From NCBI GenBank assembly GCA_000004985.1, contig GG738847.1: 64,000 nt of DNA, one strand, 5' to 3'. Source of the DNA: Naegleria gruberi. Taxonomy: Eukaryota. The notes below the pieces were generated by a model, which saw nothing but the letters and a program-made list of their open reading frames with translations, was not told the DNA's origin and did no database searches. The first letter of the stretch is position 1. Every line of letters begins with the position of its first letter. Below, one piece after another: positions 9,646 to 19,937 of this stretch. The position numbers and the translations under genes were made by a program.

Positions 9646-10317
9646 ATGAACAACAAACTCACTCTATTCACTTTCATACTTTTGCTCGTTATTCTCTTCT
9701 TGATAAACTTATCTGAACAATCCATATATTTACCAGGTGGTAAAGCAATTGAAACAGACAAGACAAAGATCAAAGAATTGATGGAATTCATGACTGTTAA
9801 ATTGATGGAAACTCCATATCAAGCAAAGATTCATGAAATTATTAAGGTTGAAAGACAAATTGTAAATGGTGTAAATTATTATATCACAATGCACGTTATT
9901 TCGAATGAAAAGATTAAACAATTGGTTGAAGCTAAGGTATTTGAACCAATGCATCACGTCCATGCTTTTGAATTGGTTTCTATTGACAAGAAGGATTCTA
10001 TCAAGTCCATATCAAACCAAGCATTAGAATCAATTCCAGGAGGAAGAAATAAGGAAACCGACTACTTGAAGATTACTGAATTGGTTAACTTTTTACAACA
10101 AAAACTCATTGAATCTGAAAATCAATCTGTTATTAGAAAGGTTATTTCCATTGAAAAGCAAGTCGTTGCTGGTATTAATTATTTCCTTGATGTGCATTTG
10201 GAATTTGCTGATGGAAAGGTCAAATTAATGCAAGCAACAATTCATGAACCACCAATCTTTGCTGGAAGTTCTTCATTGCACTTGAAATCACTCATTGAAA
10301 TTAATGGCAAAGAATAA
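9646..10317 (+). CDS. Secreted tandem (two-domain) cystatin-family cysteine-protease inhibitor.
   Basis: N-terminal signal peptide MNNKLTLFTFILLLVILFLINLS. Two repeats, each with the N-terminal Gly motif (LPGG / IPGG) and the QxVxG motif (RQIVNGVNYYI; KQVVAGINYFL). Confidence 0.8.
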   Translation: MNNKLTLFTFILLLVILFLINLSEQSIYLPGGKAIETDKTKIKELMEFMTVKLMETPYQAKIHEIIKVERQIVNGVNYYITMHVISNEKIKQLVEAKVFEPMHHVHAFELVSIDKKDSIKSISNQALESIPGGRNKETDYLKITELVNFLQQKLIESENQSVIRKVISIEKQVVAGINYFLDVHLEFADGKVKLMQATIHEPPIFAGSSSLHLKSLIEINGKE

Positions 10318-10443
10318 ATAATAATATTTTGTTTTATTAGTAATGAAAAGTCGTTTGAAGCAATAACAAAACAATCAATTCGAGAGGCTACTAAATTTAT
10401 TGTCTTCCCGCCAAAATTTTAATTCAAATTCAACAGAAAAAAA

Positions 10444-13400
10444 ATGGCGAACGAAGACTATGTGTTAAACTTTTCGATTCCTTTAAAACCTGAGGACTTG
10501 GAAATAGAGTCAGAGACCTTTTTCTATGTTTCTGATGATATGGATGTGAATTCATTCTCTACGACAGAAATTCACAGTTTAATTGATGGTACGTTTTATA
10601 TTTTAATCGGAATGTGTGATGATCATTGTTTTATTAGATATTGAAAACAAAATTTCGGATAAACCCTACTCTATCACAGATGGAAGCGTCTTTACAGCAA
10701 TCTACAGTTGCATTAAACATTTTTCTGCTCTTGATGATACTTGTAAACAACGTCTATTGGACAGTTTAGTCACAAATCTAAGCAGTCTGTTAACTAGCAT
10801 AACGAATCTGTTCATCAGATCATCAGCCGAAAGATCATATGGAGCAGATGATTTTGACAAAGTTGTTGCTATTCACAAGAATGCTTTGAAAATGTTCGTC
10901 TTCTGTGTTTTCTGGGGAATTTATAAATTCGAAAAGGAGGAAATGGAATCCAATAGTGAAGCAGAAAAGAAGAAGAAGAAATCCAAATCTAAAAAGAGAA
11001 GGAAAAGCGTTTTGGAAATGGATGATTGGAAAGAAAGAATACTGAAACTCTTGATTTCTGTCCTAGGACATAAATTAGACAAGTTGTGGAATAAGGAAGA
11101 CAAAATAGAGGACTCTTTTGTTTTGTTATTCTTCAGAGTTGCCTTCTCCTTTATGGAAAATCCAGAAAACCTAAAATCAGAAACTCTCAAACCAAAGATT
11201 ATTGAGCTTATCATTGCTGCCCTTCATGCACCATCAGGAAATATGCAAACAGTTATTTCTTCGATACTATCCATGATAATGTCGAACGCCAGTTGCTTAT
11301 CATGTATTATTGAAATGATAGAACACATTTGTGCTCCTTCATCTGATTCTGAGAATAGTGTTGGAAAGCTTTTTGTTAGCGAGTTATTCAGAGAGATAAG
11401 CAGATTAGAACAATCTGTCATGAAGTCAGATTCTGCAGGTACAAAAAACCTTGCTCAATTCATATCAGACTTGGGCGAAAGAGTTCCACTATCGATTCTT
11501 GTAAATATGAGCGTAGTGATATCCCATTTGGATGCAGAATGCTATCATATCAGAAATGCTGTTCTGCAAGCAATCACACACGTAATTTGTAAAATACTCA
11601 AGTCAACTTCAGAAGAAAATAACAGTAGAAATACCACAACAGAAAACATTACCAAGAAAACTCGTGATTCTCTGATTGATATTCTTGAAGAGAGAATGTA
11701 CGACGTAAATGCATACACACGTAGTAAGGTTCTTGCTTGTTGGGGAATGTTGTGCGAGGAAAAGGCTCTGCCTGTGAGAAAAATACCTCAAGTTTTGGAA
11801 ATGGTGTCTGGAAGATTATATGATAAGAGTGCTTTCGTCAGAAAGGCTGCAGTGCATTTCTTATCAACCATTCTGTCTAACAATCCTTATGGAAGTGTTC
11901 TGAAATTATCTATATTGGAAGAGAAATTGGCAGCTGCTAAAAAAACATATGATGATATTCCACAGTACTCTGAACCTGAGCTTGAACTTCTTCCAGAAGC
12001 AGAAAAAACTGATCTCAAGACAAAACAAGACAGGGCAAAAAGATATTGCATTTTGTTCAGAGAAGCAATTTCTTTTGTTAACAATTTGCATTCAACCTTT
12101 GAATCTGCCTATCAACTCTTAAATTCTAAAACCAGCTCTGATGTTTGTGAATGTATCAGCTTTATAGAGAAGTCTTTCATGTTTAAACTTGATATCTCCA
12201 CTCCTGCCCTTAAGAAAATATTTAAGCTTATCTGGTCTCCTGAACAGACTGTCAAAGATGCTGTATTGGAATCAATTCAAAATATCTTTATGAACCCTGA
12301 AAATTTGAAATCGACTGATGAGTGTATTGAAGTTGCACAACGATTTGCAGAGTTAGCTTTAGAGTGCAACCAATCTGAGCTTTCCTCTCTGGAAACTATT
12401 GTGAACTTGATTGTTTACAATAATAAGTTTTCAAAAAATCTGTTCTTGGCATTGTTCGAATTGACCGGGAAAAAACAACCAGAAAATCATGTAGTTGGAG
12501 CCCTTATTATAATTAATATGGTTGCTACAGCTAGACCAGAACCAATAAGAAAAAAGATTAAACTGTTAGTTACCGAGGTTATGGAAGAACGAGCTAAAGC
12601 TAGCTTCCTCATTGCAGTATATTCATGCCAAATTCTGCAAAGACTTGCTAAGGACGACTCTAGCGAAGCTTTTCAAGATGAAAAAAAGAAGAAGAGTAGC
12701 TCAAACGAGAATGATGACTGTCTGAAATATGTTGGTGGTAATCCAAGATACAGACTACCAGATAATCACAGTGTTTTCAAACTTTTGCTTGACCTCATCA
12801 TTGGAGATCCTAATTCACCACCGGAGCTATCCAAACTTTCTGAATGGATGACCATTACTGAATCTGCTTTGAATGCTATATTTTGCCTTGCAGAAGATCC
12901 AATACAGTTGACAACCCACATTATTAAGGAGGTTTCATTGAAAACTAATTTATCAGACCCAAACCAATCACGATCTGAGACGCTCACTGTTTCTCCTATT
13001 GAACTTACAAAGCTATTTTTTATTTTAGGACATTCTGCTCTAAAAGAATTAGTGCTGATTGAAGACCAATTCAAACAAGCCAAGAAATATAAACATAGAA
13101 TGGCCCTAGAGAAGGAACAAGCAGCTGCAGAAAAGAAGGAAAAACCAAAGAAAGGATCTAAAAAGAAGAGGGATAGACAAGAACTTGAGGAGGAGAATGA
13201 TAATGATACAACCGTTCTGGAAAGAGAATTAGGCTTAGATCCATCAAGTCTTGACGATCATGAACTTGAAGAAACATTTGAAAAGAAGGAACGAAATATC
13301 ATTACTGAGTCATCTTTATATGGGTCCTACTTGCCTTTGATTTTATCTATTTGCCATGATAGTGCCAATTTGTACAGATATTCTCCATTGAGAAAAACAG

Positions 13401-14776
13401 CCATTCTTGCCCTTTGTAAATATATGTGTATCAGTCAAACAGTATGCGAGGATAACATCAGATTACTTTTTACAATCCTCATAAGAAAACCAGAAATGAG
13501 ATCTAAACAATCCATAGAAGGTTATACCACCATTAGAAATAACATTATTGTAACAATAGGCGATCTTGCGTGTAGATACCCTAATGTTGTTGAAAGATAT
13601 ATTCATCACTTGTATAGTTGTCTCAGAGATTCGGATAGTAGAATCAGAAAGAACACCTTGTTGGTTCTTTCTCACTTGGTTCTTAACGATATGGTAAAAG
13701 TCAAGTCAAATATTTTCGAAATTGTCAGATGTATTGAAGACACTTCTGAAGAAATTTCGCAACTATCAAAATCTTTCTTTACAGAGCTAGCTAAGAAGGC
13801 ATCCGGTAGCAACAATCCAATTTATAACTTGTTACCAACCATTTTAAGTAATTTATCAAGAAGGGATGCTGGTGTAGGCCCTGTTGCATTCCAAAACATT
13901 ATGAAATTCCTCATTTCATTTGTAACAAAGGTGCAACATAATGAAAAGTTAGTTCGCAAACTTTGCCAAAGATTTGACCTTGTACGTTCTTCTTCAACAA
14001 CCAAAGCCACAGATGAAGTTTTTGAGAAGAAGGAAGAGGATCACCACACAGATGAAACCAATATGGATGTGCAGCCAAATGAAGATCTAACAAAGAGTGA
14101 CTTTGATCCAGAAATTATTCAACAGTGGAGAAATCTTGCTTACTGTTTGACCCAACTCACAATGAACGACAAGTGTATTCAAATATTGATTTCAGAAGAT
14201 TGTGTTAAATCCTATAAGAAGTCTTTGATAGATTTTGAGGTTTATGAATATCTTACTTCAATAACTGCCAAATTTAAGAAAACTGCCACCTCAAAAATTG
14301 GAAAGAAAGCCAGTGATGGAAATATGAATCAAGAACTTAAGGATCAGATTGAGGAATGGGAAAAGCAAACAAGACTTACTCACCTCAAACTATGTGAAGA
14401 AAATGATATTGAATCGAAATTACTCACCAAAGAAGAGGAGGAAGAGGAAGGAAAGAAAAAACCAAGAAAAGCAAACAGTAAGGTAAAATCCAAACAAAAG
14501 GGCAGAAAGGCAATCGAAGAAGAAGAGGAGGAAGACATGTCAGAAGAAGAGGATGATGATGGAATTGACGAGCTATTGGACGATGATGATGAAGAGCTTG
14601 ATTTACTGGACGAAGAGGATGATGAGCCAGCTAGTAAATCTAAATCCAAACAATCCTCTCAAAGCTCCTCCAAAGTGGTTGAAGATGAAGAAATGCCTGA
14701 AGAAGAGCAAGAAGAAGAAGAAGAGGAGCAAGTCATTCAAACAAGAACTAGATCAAGAAGAATTAAAAATAAATAG
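10444..14776 (+). CDS. NCAPD2: Condensin complex subunit 1 (Cnd1/NCAPD2). Two exons: 10444-10588 and 10638-14776, with a 49-nt intron at 10589-10637.
   Basis: Donor GTACGT at 10589 and acceptor TTATTAG|AT at 10637 join ...SLID-D-IENKISDKPY in frame. Conserved C-terminal Cnd1 domain IIVTIGDLACRYPNVVERYIHHLYSCLRDSDSRIRKNTLLVLSHLVLNDMVKVK. HEAT-like body and an acidic/K-rich tail. Confidence 0.85.
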
Positions 14777-14781
14777 TTCTT

Positions 14782-16203
14782 TTACTTTTTCTTATCAGAT
14801 TTCTTTTCCTTCTTTTCAGATTTCTTGTCAGATTTCTTTTCTTCAGACTTCTTTTCAGATTTCTTTTCTTCCTTCTTTTTATCGTCCTTCTTTTCAGATT
14901 TCTTTTCTGATTTCTTTTCTTCCTTCTTTTCGTCTTTTTTATGTTCTGATTTCTTTTCTTCCTTCTTTTCAGATTTCTTTTCGAGCTTATCAGACTTCTT
15001 CTCTTCCTTCTTTTCTACTTTCTTTTCATCCTTCTTCTCGTGTTTCTTTTCAGATTTCTTTTCTTCAGATTTCTTTTCAGATTTTTTCTCTACCTTTTCT
15101 TCTTTCTTTTCGGATTTCTTTTCTTCCTTTTTATGTTCAGATTTCTTGTCTTCTTTCTTTTTATCGTCCTTCTTTTCAGATTTCTTTTCTTCCTTCTTTC
15201 TATCGTCCTTCTTTTCAGATTTCTTTTCATGCTTATCAGACTTCTTTTCTTCCTTCTTTTCAGATTTCTTTTCAGATTTCTTTTCACTCTTCTTATGTGA
15301 TTTAGATACGTCTACAGACTTGTCAGACCAACCATCAGGTTTGAAAATGTTTTGAGAAATTTTAACAGAGAATTCTTCTCTTTCTTGGATTCTAGATTTC
15401 TTTTCTTCGAGTTTTTTTTGTTTTTCCTTCAAGGCATCATATTTTGGCATATCAAGCTTTTGTTCAATTCTATAGAATCCATCAATTGTTGAATTTCTCA
15501 GTCTATGGTCGTCGCTATCCTTAGTTGTAAATAATGGAGCAATAGATCCCTTAACACTATCTTCCCTAGAGAAAGCAAGTCCAGTATTTGAATCCAGCAT
15601 ATATTCATCTTGTTCTCCAAGAGATGAAATTCCTTCCAATTTCTTCTTAACTTCATCAACAGAAAATCCTTTTGGTATTTCAATAACATAAATTTTGCTA
15701 TTTTGTACATCTTCATATGTTATCTTTGGATCTTGTGGAGCATAGGTCATATTTGTTGGTAAAGTGAAGGTAAATTCAGAGTCTTCAATCATTGGCTCTT
15801 CAACAACAGGTTCAGGCTTTTCATCATCAGACATGTGTGTATCTTCTTGGACTTCATTGTCACTTTCATTATCAGATTCTTTTTTCTTTGTTTCTTCTTC
15901 ATCATCGGATTTGGAACTCTTTTTAGACTTTTTCTTCTTTGGTTCTTCATCTTCATTATCACTATCGGAAGACTTCTTTTTATCCTTCTTCTTTTCCTTC
16001 TTTTCCTTCTTTTCTTTCTTTTCCTTTTTCTCCTTTTTCTCCTTCTTTTCCTTCTTCTCCTTCTTATCCTTCTTTTTCTTTTCGGATTTCTTTGGAGATT
16101 CCTCTTTGGTTTCTTCCTCTGATTCCTCTATTGTTGTTGTTTTTGTTGTTGTTTCCTCTGCAGAGTCATCGTCGAGAAGTACTTGATGTTTTCTTTTGCT
16201 CAT
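14782..16203 (-). CDS. Lys/Glu-rich low-complexity protein with KKSEKKEEKK/KKEKKEKK tandem repeats around a unique central segment. Possibly nucleolar or chromatin-associated.
   Basis: Of the overlapping ORFs, only the 473-aa minus-strand ORF has a non-repetitive middle: ...TFTLPTNMTYAPQDPKITYEDVQNSKIYVIEIPKGF...GSIAPLFTTKD.... The plus-strand ORFs are pure F/S/L low-complexity mirror artefacts. Confidence 0.6.
   Translation of the reverse strand: MSKRKHQVLLDDDSAEETTTKTTTIEESEEETKEESPKKSEKKKKDKKEKKEKKEKKEKKEKKEKKEKKEKKKDKKKSSDSDNEDEEPKKKKSKKSSKSDDEEETKKKESDNESDNEVQEDTHMSDDEKPEPVVEEPMIEDSEFTFTLPTNMTYAPQDPKITYEDVQNSKIYVIEIPKGFSVDEVKKKLEGISSLGEQDEYMLDSNTGLAFSREDSVKGSIAPLFTTKDSDDHRLRNSTIDGFYRIEQKLDMPKYDALKEKQKKLEEKKSRIQEREEFSVKISQNIFKPDGWSDKSVDVSKSHKKSEKKSEKKSEKKEEKKSDKHEKKSEKKDDRKKEEKKSEKKDDKKKEDKKSEHKKEEKKSEKKEEKVEKKSEKKSEEKKSEKKHEKKDEKKVEKKEEKKSDKLEKKSEKKEEKKSEHKKDEKKEEKKSEKKSEKKDDKKKEEKKSEKKSEEKKSDKKSEKKEKKSDKKK
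14790..16100. repeat. Coding microsatellite-like tandem repeats (imperfect units of 15-30 nt; minus-strand sense aaraagraa...) that encode the K/E repeats.
   Basis: Visible periodic ttcttttcagatttcttttc / ccttcttttccttctt runs on the + strand. Confidence 0.7.
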
Positions 16204-16970
16204 TTTTTTTGAACTTCATTTAAAATTTTTATTGCCAAGTTATTTCGATATTAATTATTCATGTTGTTATCAACTTGAGCGTTTTGAACGAGATTTTGAA
16301 AGGAAAACCCAACATAAGAATCGATATTATTAATCTATGAGTAATGCTTGCTGGTAAAAACAAGTTTTTATTAAATTTTCTTCATCCATTTAATGTAAAA
16401 TTTGTGAAGGAAGAATAAGAAAAAAATAGAGCAAGTTTAAACCATGCCAATCCTTGGTATTCCACCTCCTAGAATCACTAGGGCCACCCAAAAGTATCAC
16501 GTCAAGTTTGGATTTGAAATCTTCTCCAATTTATTACACATGATGAGAACAGCTCACAGATTCGGAGAGCCACAAAAGACTGTATGTTTTTTAAAATCTT
16601 CCGATAATGTTATCAACCATATATTATCATGATTATTAGCAAATAATTAAACAAATTAAACAACAAGTCAGATTACATAAATATGAAAAGAATAGAGAAA
16701 AAATCAATGATTTAATTTATGATTTGAGAAATGCCATGTCTGATTTGGATTTCAAATTGGAATGTAAGATGGGAGGTTCTGTTCCAGTGCCACAAAATCA
16801 AAATGCTATGAATATTAGTACTCTCAAAAAGAGAGTACCCAAAAAGACAAAATAGATTTTCACATTGGAACTATGTTTGTAGAAAATTGATTGGATTTTA
16901 GTTTTGAGGAGAGTGAAAGTTGAATAGATTTTGAAAATTATTTAATTGATAAATAATTGAAATTTAATAT

Positions 16971-18056
16971 TTATCTTCTATATTGATTTTGAGGAAATTG
17001 TTGTTGAGGTGGAGGTTGTTGGTAGTTTTGTTGGAAGTTCTGTTGTTGATTAGGGAAATTGTTTGGTTGTTGCATAAATGATTGATTAGCTCCAAAGGTC
17101 ATTCCTTGTTGTGGAAACATTGGCTGGTGGAATGAATTAAACATTGGCTGGTGCATGCCCATTTGCATATTTTGCATGTTTTGCATTGCTTGTAAGTGTT
17201 GTTGTCTCATATTATTTTGCATATTCATCATGTTGTGGTGCATAGATGCAAACGGATCGTTGAAGAATGGATCATTTCCGAATGGATTAGAGAATGGATC
17301 AGTGTTAAATGTTGGTCCTGAAGAGAATGGATTTTGCATTGGAGCAAATCCACCACCAAATCCAGAACTTGAACTAACGGTAGTAGTTGATGTTCCATTT
17401 CCATTTGAAGTTACAGTCTTTGAGCTTGTCATTGTTACAGGAATGTCACCAGAAGATCCAAGATTGACTGTTTTTGAGCTGGTACTTGTTGAAATTACTC
17501 TACCATCAGTTCCCAATACTTTCTTTGTAGTGGTCTTGGTTTGAGTTTGTGGTTGACCTGATTTGGCGTCGTTAATGATTGTCTTAGTGGATCTAACATA
17601 TCTATTTCCACTTTCGTCCTCTCCTTCACTATCTTCATGTTCTATTTCCTCCTCAACGAGAAATGAATTTGGATTTCTCATCATTATATTTCCTTGCTGT
17701 TGTTGTTGTTGATAATTTCTCATTTCGTGATGGGGTGTTTTATGTACAAAATCTTGTTGGTCTTCCATGACTTCTTCTCCATCTGATAATTCTTCAAATT
17801 GTAAATTTGTATTACCATTAGATGAGGAGGCTCCTTCGTTTAGTCCGTGAACGTTTGTTCTGTTATGGTGATGATCATCTTGCTCTATAATTGTAAAATT
17901 ACTGCCATGTTGTTGTTGTTGTTGTTGTTGTATGGTTGGTTGTTGTTGTTGTTGATCGGAGGAGGAGTAATAGTAGGCTTCCTGTGGCTGATGATCGGAA
18001 ACATCTTGAAAGGCTTCCTGCACAGTTTTCATCTTTTTGTTTCCTCTTCCATCCAT
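16971..18056 (-). CDS. Q/N-rich low-complexity protein with clustered DPF and NPF motifs near the C-terminus (possible endocytic accessory protein).
   Basis: PolyQ tracts (QQQQQPTIQQQQQQQ) and ...NTDPFSNPFGNDPFFNDPFASM.... DPF/NPF motifs are classical AP-2 and EH-domain ligands. No globular domain recognised. Confidence 0.55.
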   Translation of the reverse strand: MDGRGNKKMKTVQEAFQDVSDHQPQEAYYYSSSDQQQQQPTIQQQQQQQHGSNFTIIEQDDHHHNRTNVHGLNEGASSSNGNTNLQFEELSDGEEVMEDQQDFVHKTPHHEMRNYQQQQQQGNIMMRNPNSFLVEEEIEHEDSEGEDESGNRYVRSTKTIINDAKSGQPQTQTKTTTKKVLGTDGRVISTSTSSKTVNLGSSGDIPVTMTSSKTVTSNGNGTSTTTVSSSSGFGGGFAPMQNPFSSGPTFNTDPFSNPFGNDPFFNDPFASMHHNMMNMQNNMRQQHLQAMQNMQNMQMGMHQPMFNSFHQPMFPQQGMTFGANQSFMQQPNNFPNQQQNFQQNYQQPPPQQQFPQNQYRR

Positions 18057-18353
18057 TTTCTTATTCGTTAAATTATTCGTTTTTTTTGTTGTCTATTTTT
18101 AATCCTAAAATTGTTGAAACCAATCTTGGAGTAAGGTCCACCACATTTGAAAACTTTCTGTGAATACGAACAATCATGTGCTGGTTTGTGAGATTCATAG
18201 CATCATACTAATTGGTAATGGCATGGTATATCCTAGTAATGGAATTTATATATTTAAGGAATTATTGCCTAGCCATCTTTGAAAGATATTGATCACTGCA
18301 GAGGACCAATTTTTAATTGCAACAAAACTGTAAATTGAGAAAGGCAATACTAG

Positions 18354-19817
18354 TTGCATTATCAAAGATTGTCATTGACTCATGATGATGAGAATCTCTT
18401 CTCGTACGATTCATTAATTGTGCAGAGCTCTAAATGTTTGATGGTGGTCATATCTCGTTTTGAATCAAAACACTTACCAAACACAACAAAGAGTCTCAAA
18501 AAAAAGATGAATCAACAACAACAACCTTATCATTTGTATCTATTGAATCAAAAACCAAGAAAGAGTATTCTCAAGACTACTGCCTCACAAGTTGGTGCTC
18601 CAAAAGCTTCAAAGACTGCTACTTTTTTCAAAGAAGAGCAACGAAAGGAGCCAATTACAACTCTTCAAACAAAAACTCTTTCATTCGGAGCCAACAACAG
18701 TTCTCCTCCTCAACAAGAACAACAATCGGAATCTAGCAATATGAGCAAAAGCATTGGATTTTCATCACAAACTCCTGCTTTGAATGAGAATATTTCAAGT
18801 GGTAGTGTTTCCCAGTATTCATTAGCTTCAACCCAACAATTGGCACCATCGAAAACAATAGACTCTTCACCAACAACATTCTTTTACAAGCCATCACCGT
18901 CTTTACTCTTCCAATCTCTCATTTCTGACCTTCCATTGAAACCAGATGATGTTTCCAATCAAACAATAAGCAACAAGCCACTCGACTCCTTATCTTCCTT
19001 AATGGAAACTAATAATGGTCAATCGCTTTCCTCCAACAACAATATGAATCATCATTTAACTTTTAACACTCAATACTCCAATACAACTCTCCAAAATGAT
19101 TGCAACAATAATACAGATTCAACATGTCAACCTCTAGTATTTCAAAGAATGAACACAGTTTCATCTCTTCTCTCTCTTTTCCCTTCAATCCAAAAAGAAA
19201 CACAAGACACAAAAATGAGTCAACAACAAGTGGGCAGACATGTTGCTCCATCTTCTTCAGCAACAACCTCATCGGATAATCTTTCTCATCATTCGTTGAT
19301 TAATGGAGGTGTGGTAGGATTATCAAACCAATCTAACATGTTCAAAAAGGATTACTCTAAAGCTATAAGACAATTTCAAAATCAAACAACAAATCAATTT
19401 ATACAACGAACGATAGCCTCCAATCTAGATAATATTCAAAAGAATAGACCAAACATTGCTTCCGACAGATCCTTCCTTGAAGGCATGGAATTGGGAATGC
19501 AATTAAATGGTTTTTTGAATAAGCTTACACGTGATAGCAAGGACTACATCAAGGAATTACTCGATGACGTCTCCAGAAGAACAGCACAGGTTCCTCCAAC
19601 TACTATAGTGCACAATATTTCATCACCAACCATGCCAATCATTCCTACCACCACAACATCACCAATGCCAGTCACTTCACCAACCATTGATCCTTTCGTT
19701 CATTCCTCTGTGCAAAACATTATGCAAAAGGGTCAAGAACAAGCTTTCCAAACCCTCTTTGTTAGGAAATGTATGCAAGAGGCTGTTTCTAGAGCCATTC
19801 ACAACTCTCAACACTAA
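18354..19817 (+). CDS. S/T/N/Q-rich low-complexity protein of unknown function. The start is probably an internal Met (MNQQQQPYHLY...).
   Basis: Long open frame with host-like composition. Only the last roughly 120 aa look globular. Confidence 0.45.
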   Translation: MHYQRLSLTHDDENLFSYDSLIVQSSKCLMVVISRFESKHLPNTTKSLKKKMNQQQQPYHLYLLNQKPRKSILKTTASQVGAPKASKTATFFKEEQRKEPITTLQTKTLSFGANNSSPPQQEQQSESSNMSKSIGFSSQTPALNENISSGSVSQYSLASTQQLAPSKTIDSSPTTFFYKPSPSLLFQSLISDLPLKPDDVSNQTISNKPLDSLSSLMETNNGQSLSSNNNMNHHLTFNTQYSNTTLQNDCNNNTDSTCQPLVFQRMNTVSSLLSLFPSIQKETQDTKMSQQQVGRHVAPSSSATTSSDNLSHHSLINGGVVGLSNQSNMFKKDYSKAIRQFQNQTTNQFIQRTIASNLDNIQKNRPNIASDRSFLEGMELGMQLNGFLNKLTRDSKDYIKELLDDVSRRTAQVPPTTIVHNISSPTMPIIPTTTTSPMPVTSPTIDPFVHSSVQNIMQKGQEQAFQTLFVRKCMQEAVSRAIHNSQH

Positions 19818-19937
19818 GTGCTACTCTCATGTAACTGTATAATAAACTCTAACTAGTACACTAACCAATGTATTTACAAAGACTGAATAATAAGACGAAT
19901 AAGAAGCTTGCAGTTTTGATGACCAAAGCATAAAAAA

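Noticed and set aside
14553-16223. Multiple long ORFs on the plus strand (250, 176, 140, 95, 94, 86 aa) and a periodic repeat array that superficially resembles a CRISPR or minisatellite locus
   Set aside because: The units are short (15-30 nt), imperfect, and lack unique spacers. They are the coding K/E repeats of the minus-strand gene. The plus-strand translations are pure F/S/L low-complexity mirror images, and only the minus-strand frame contains a unique globular-looking segment.
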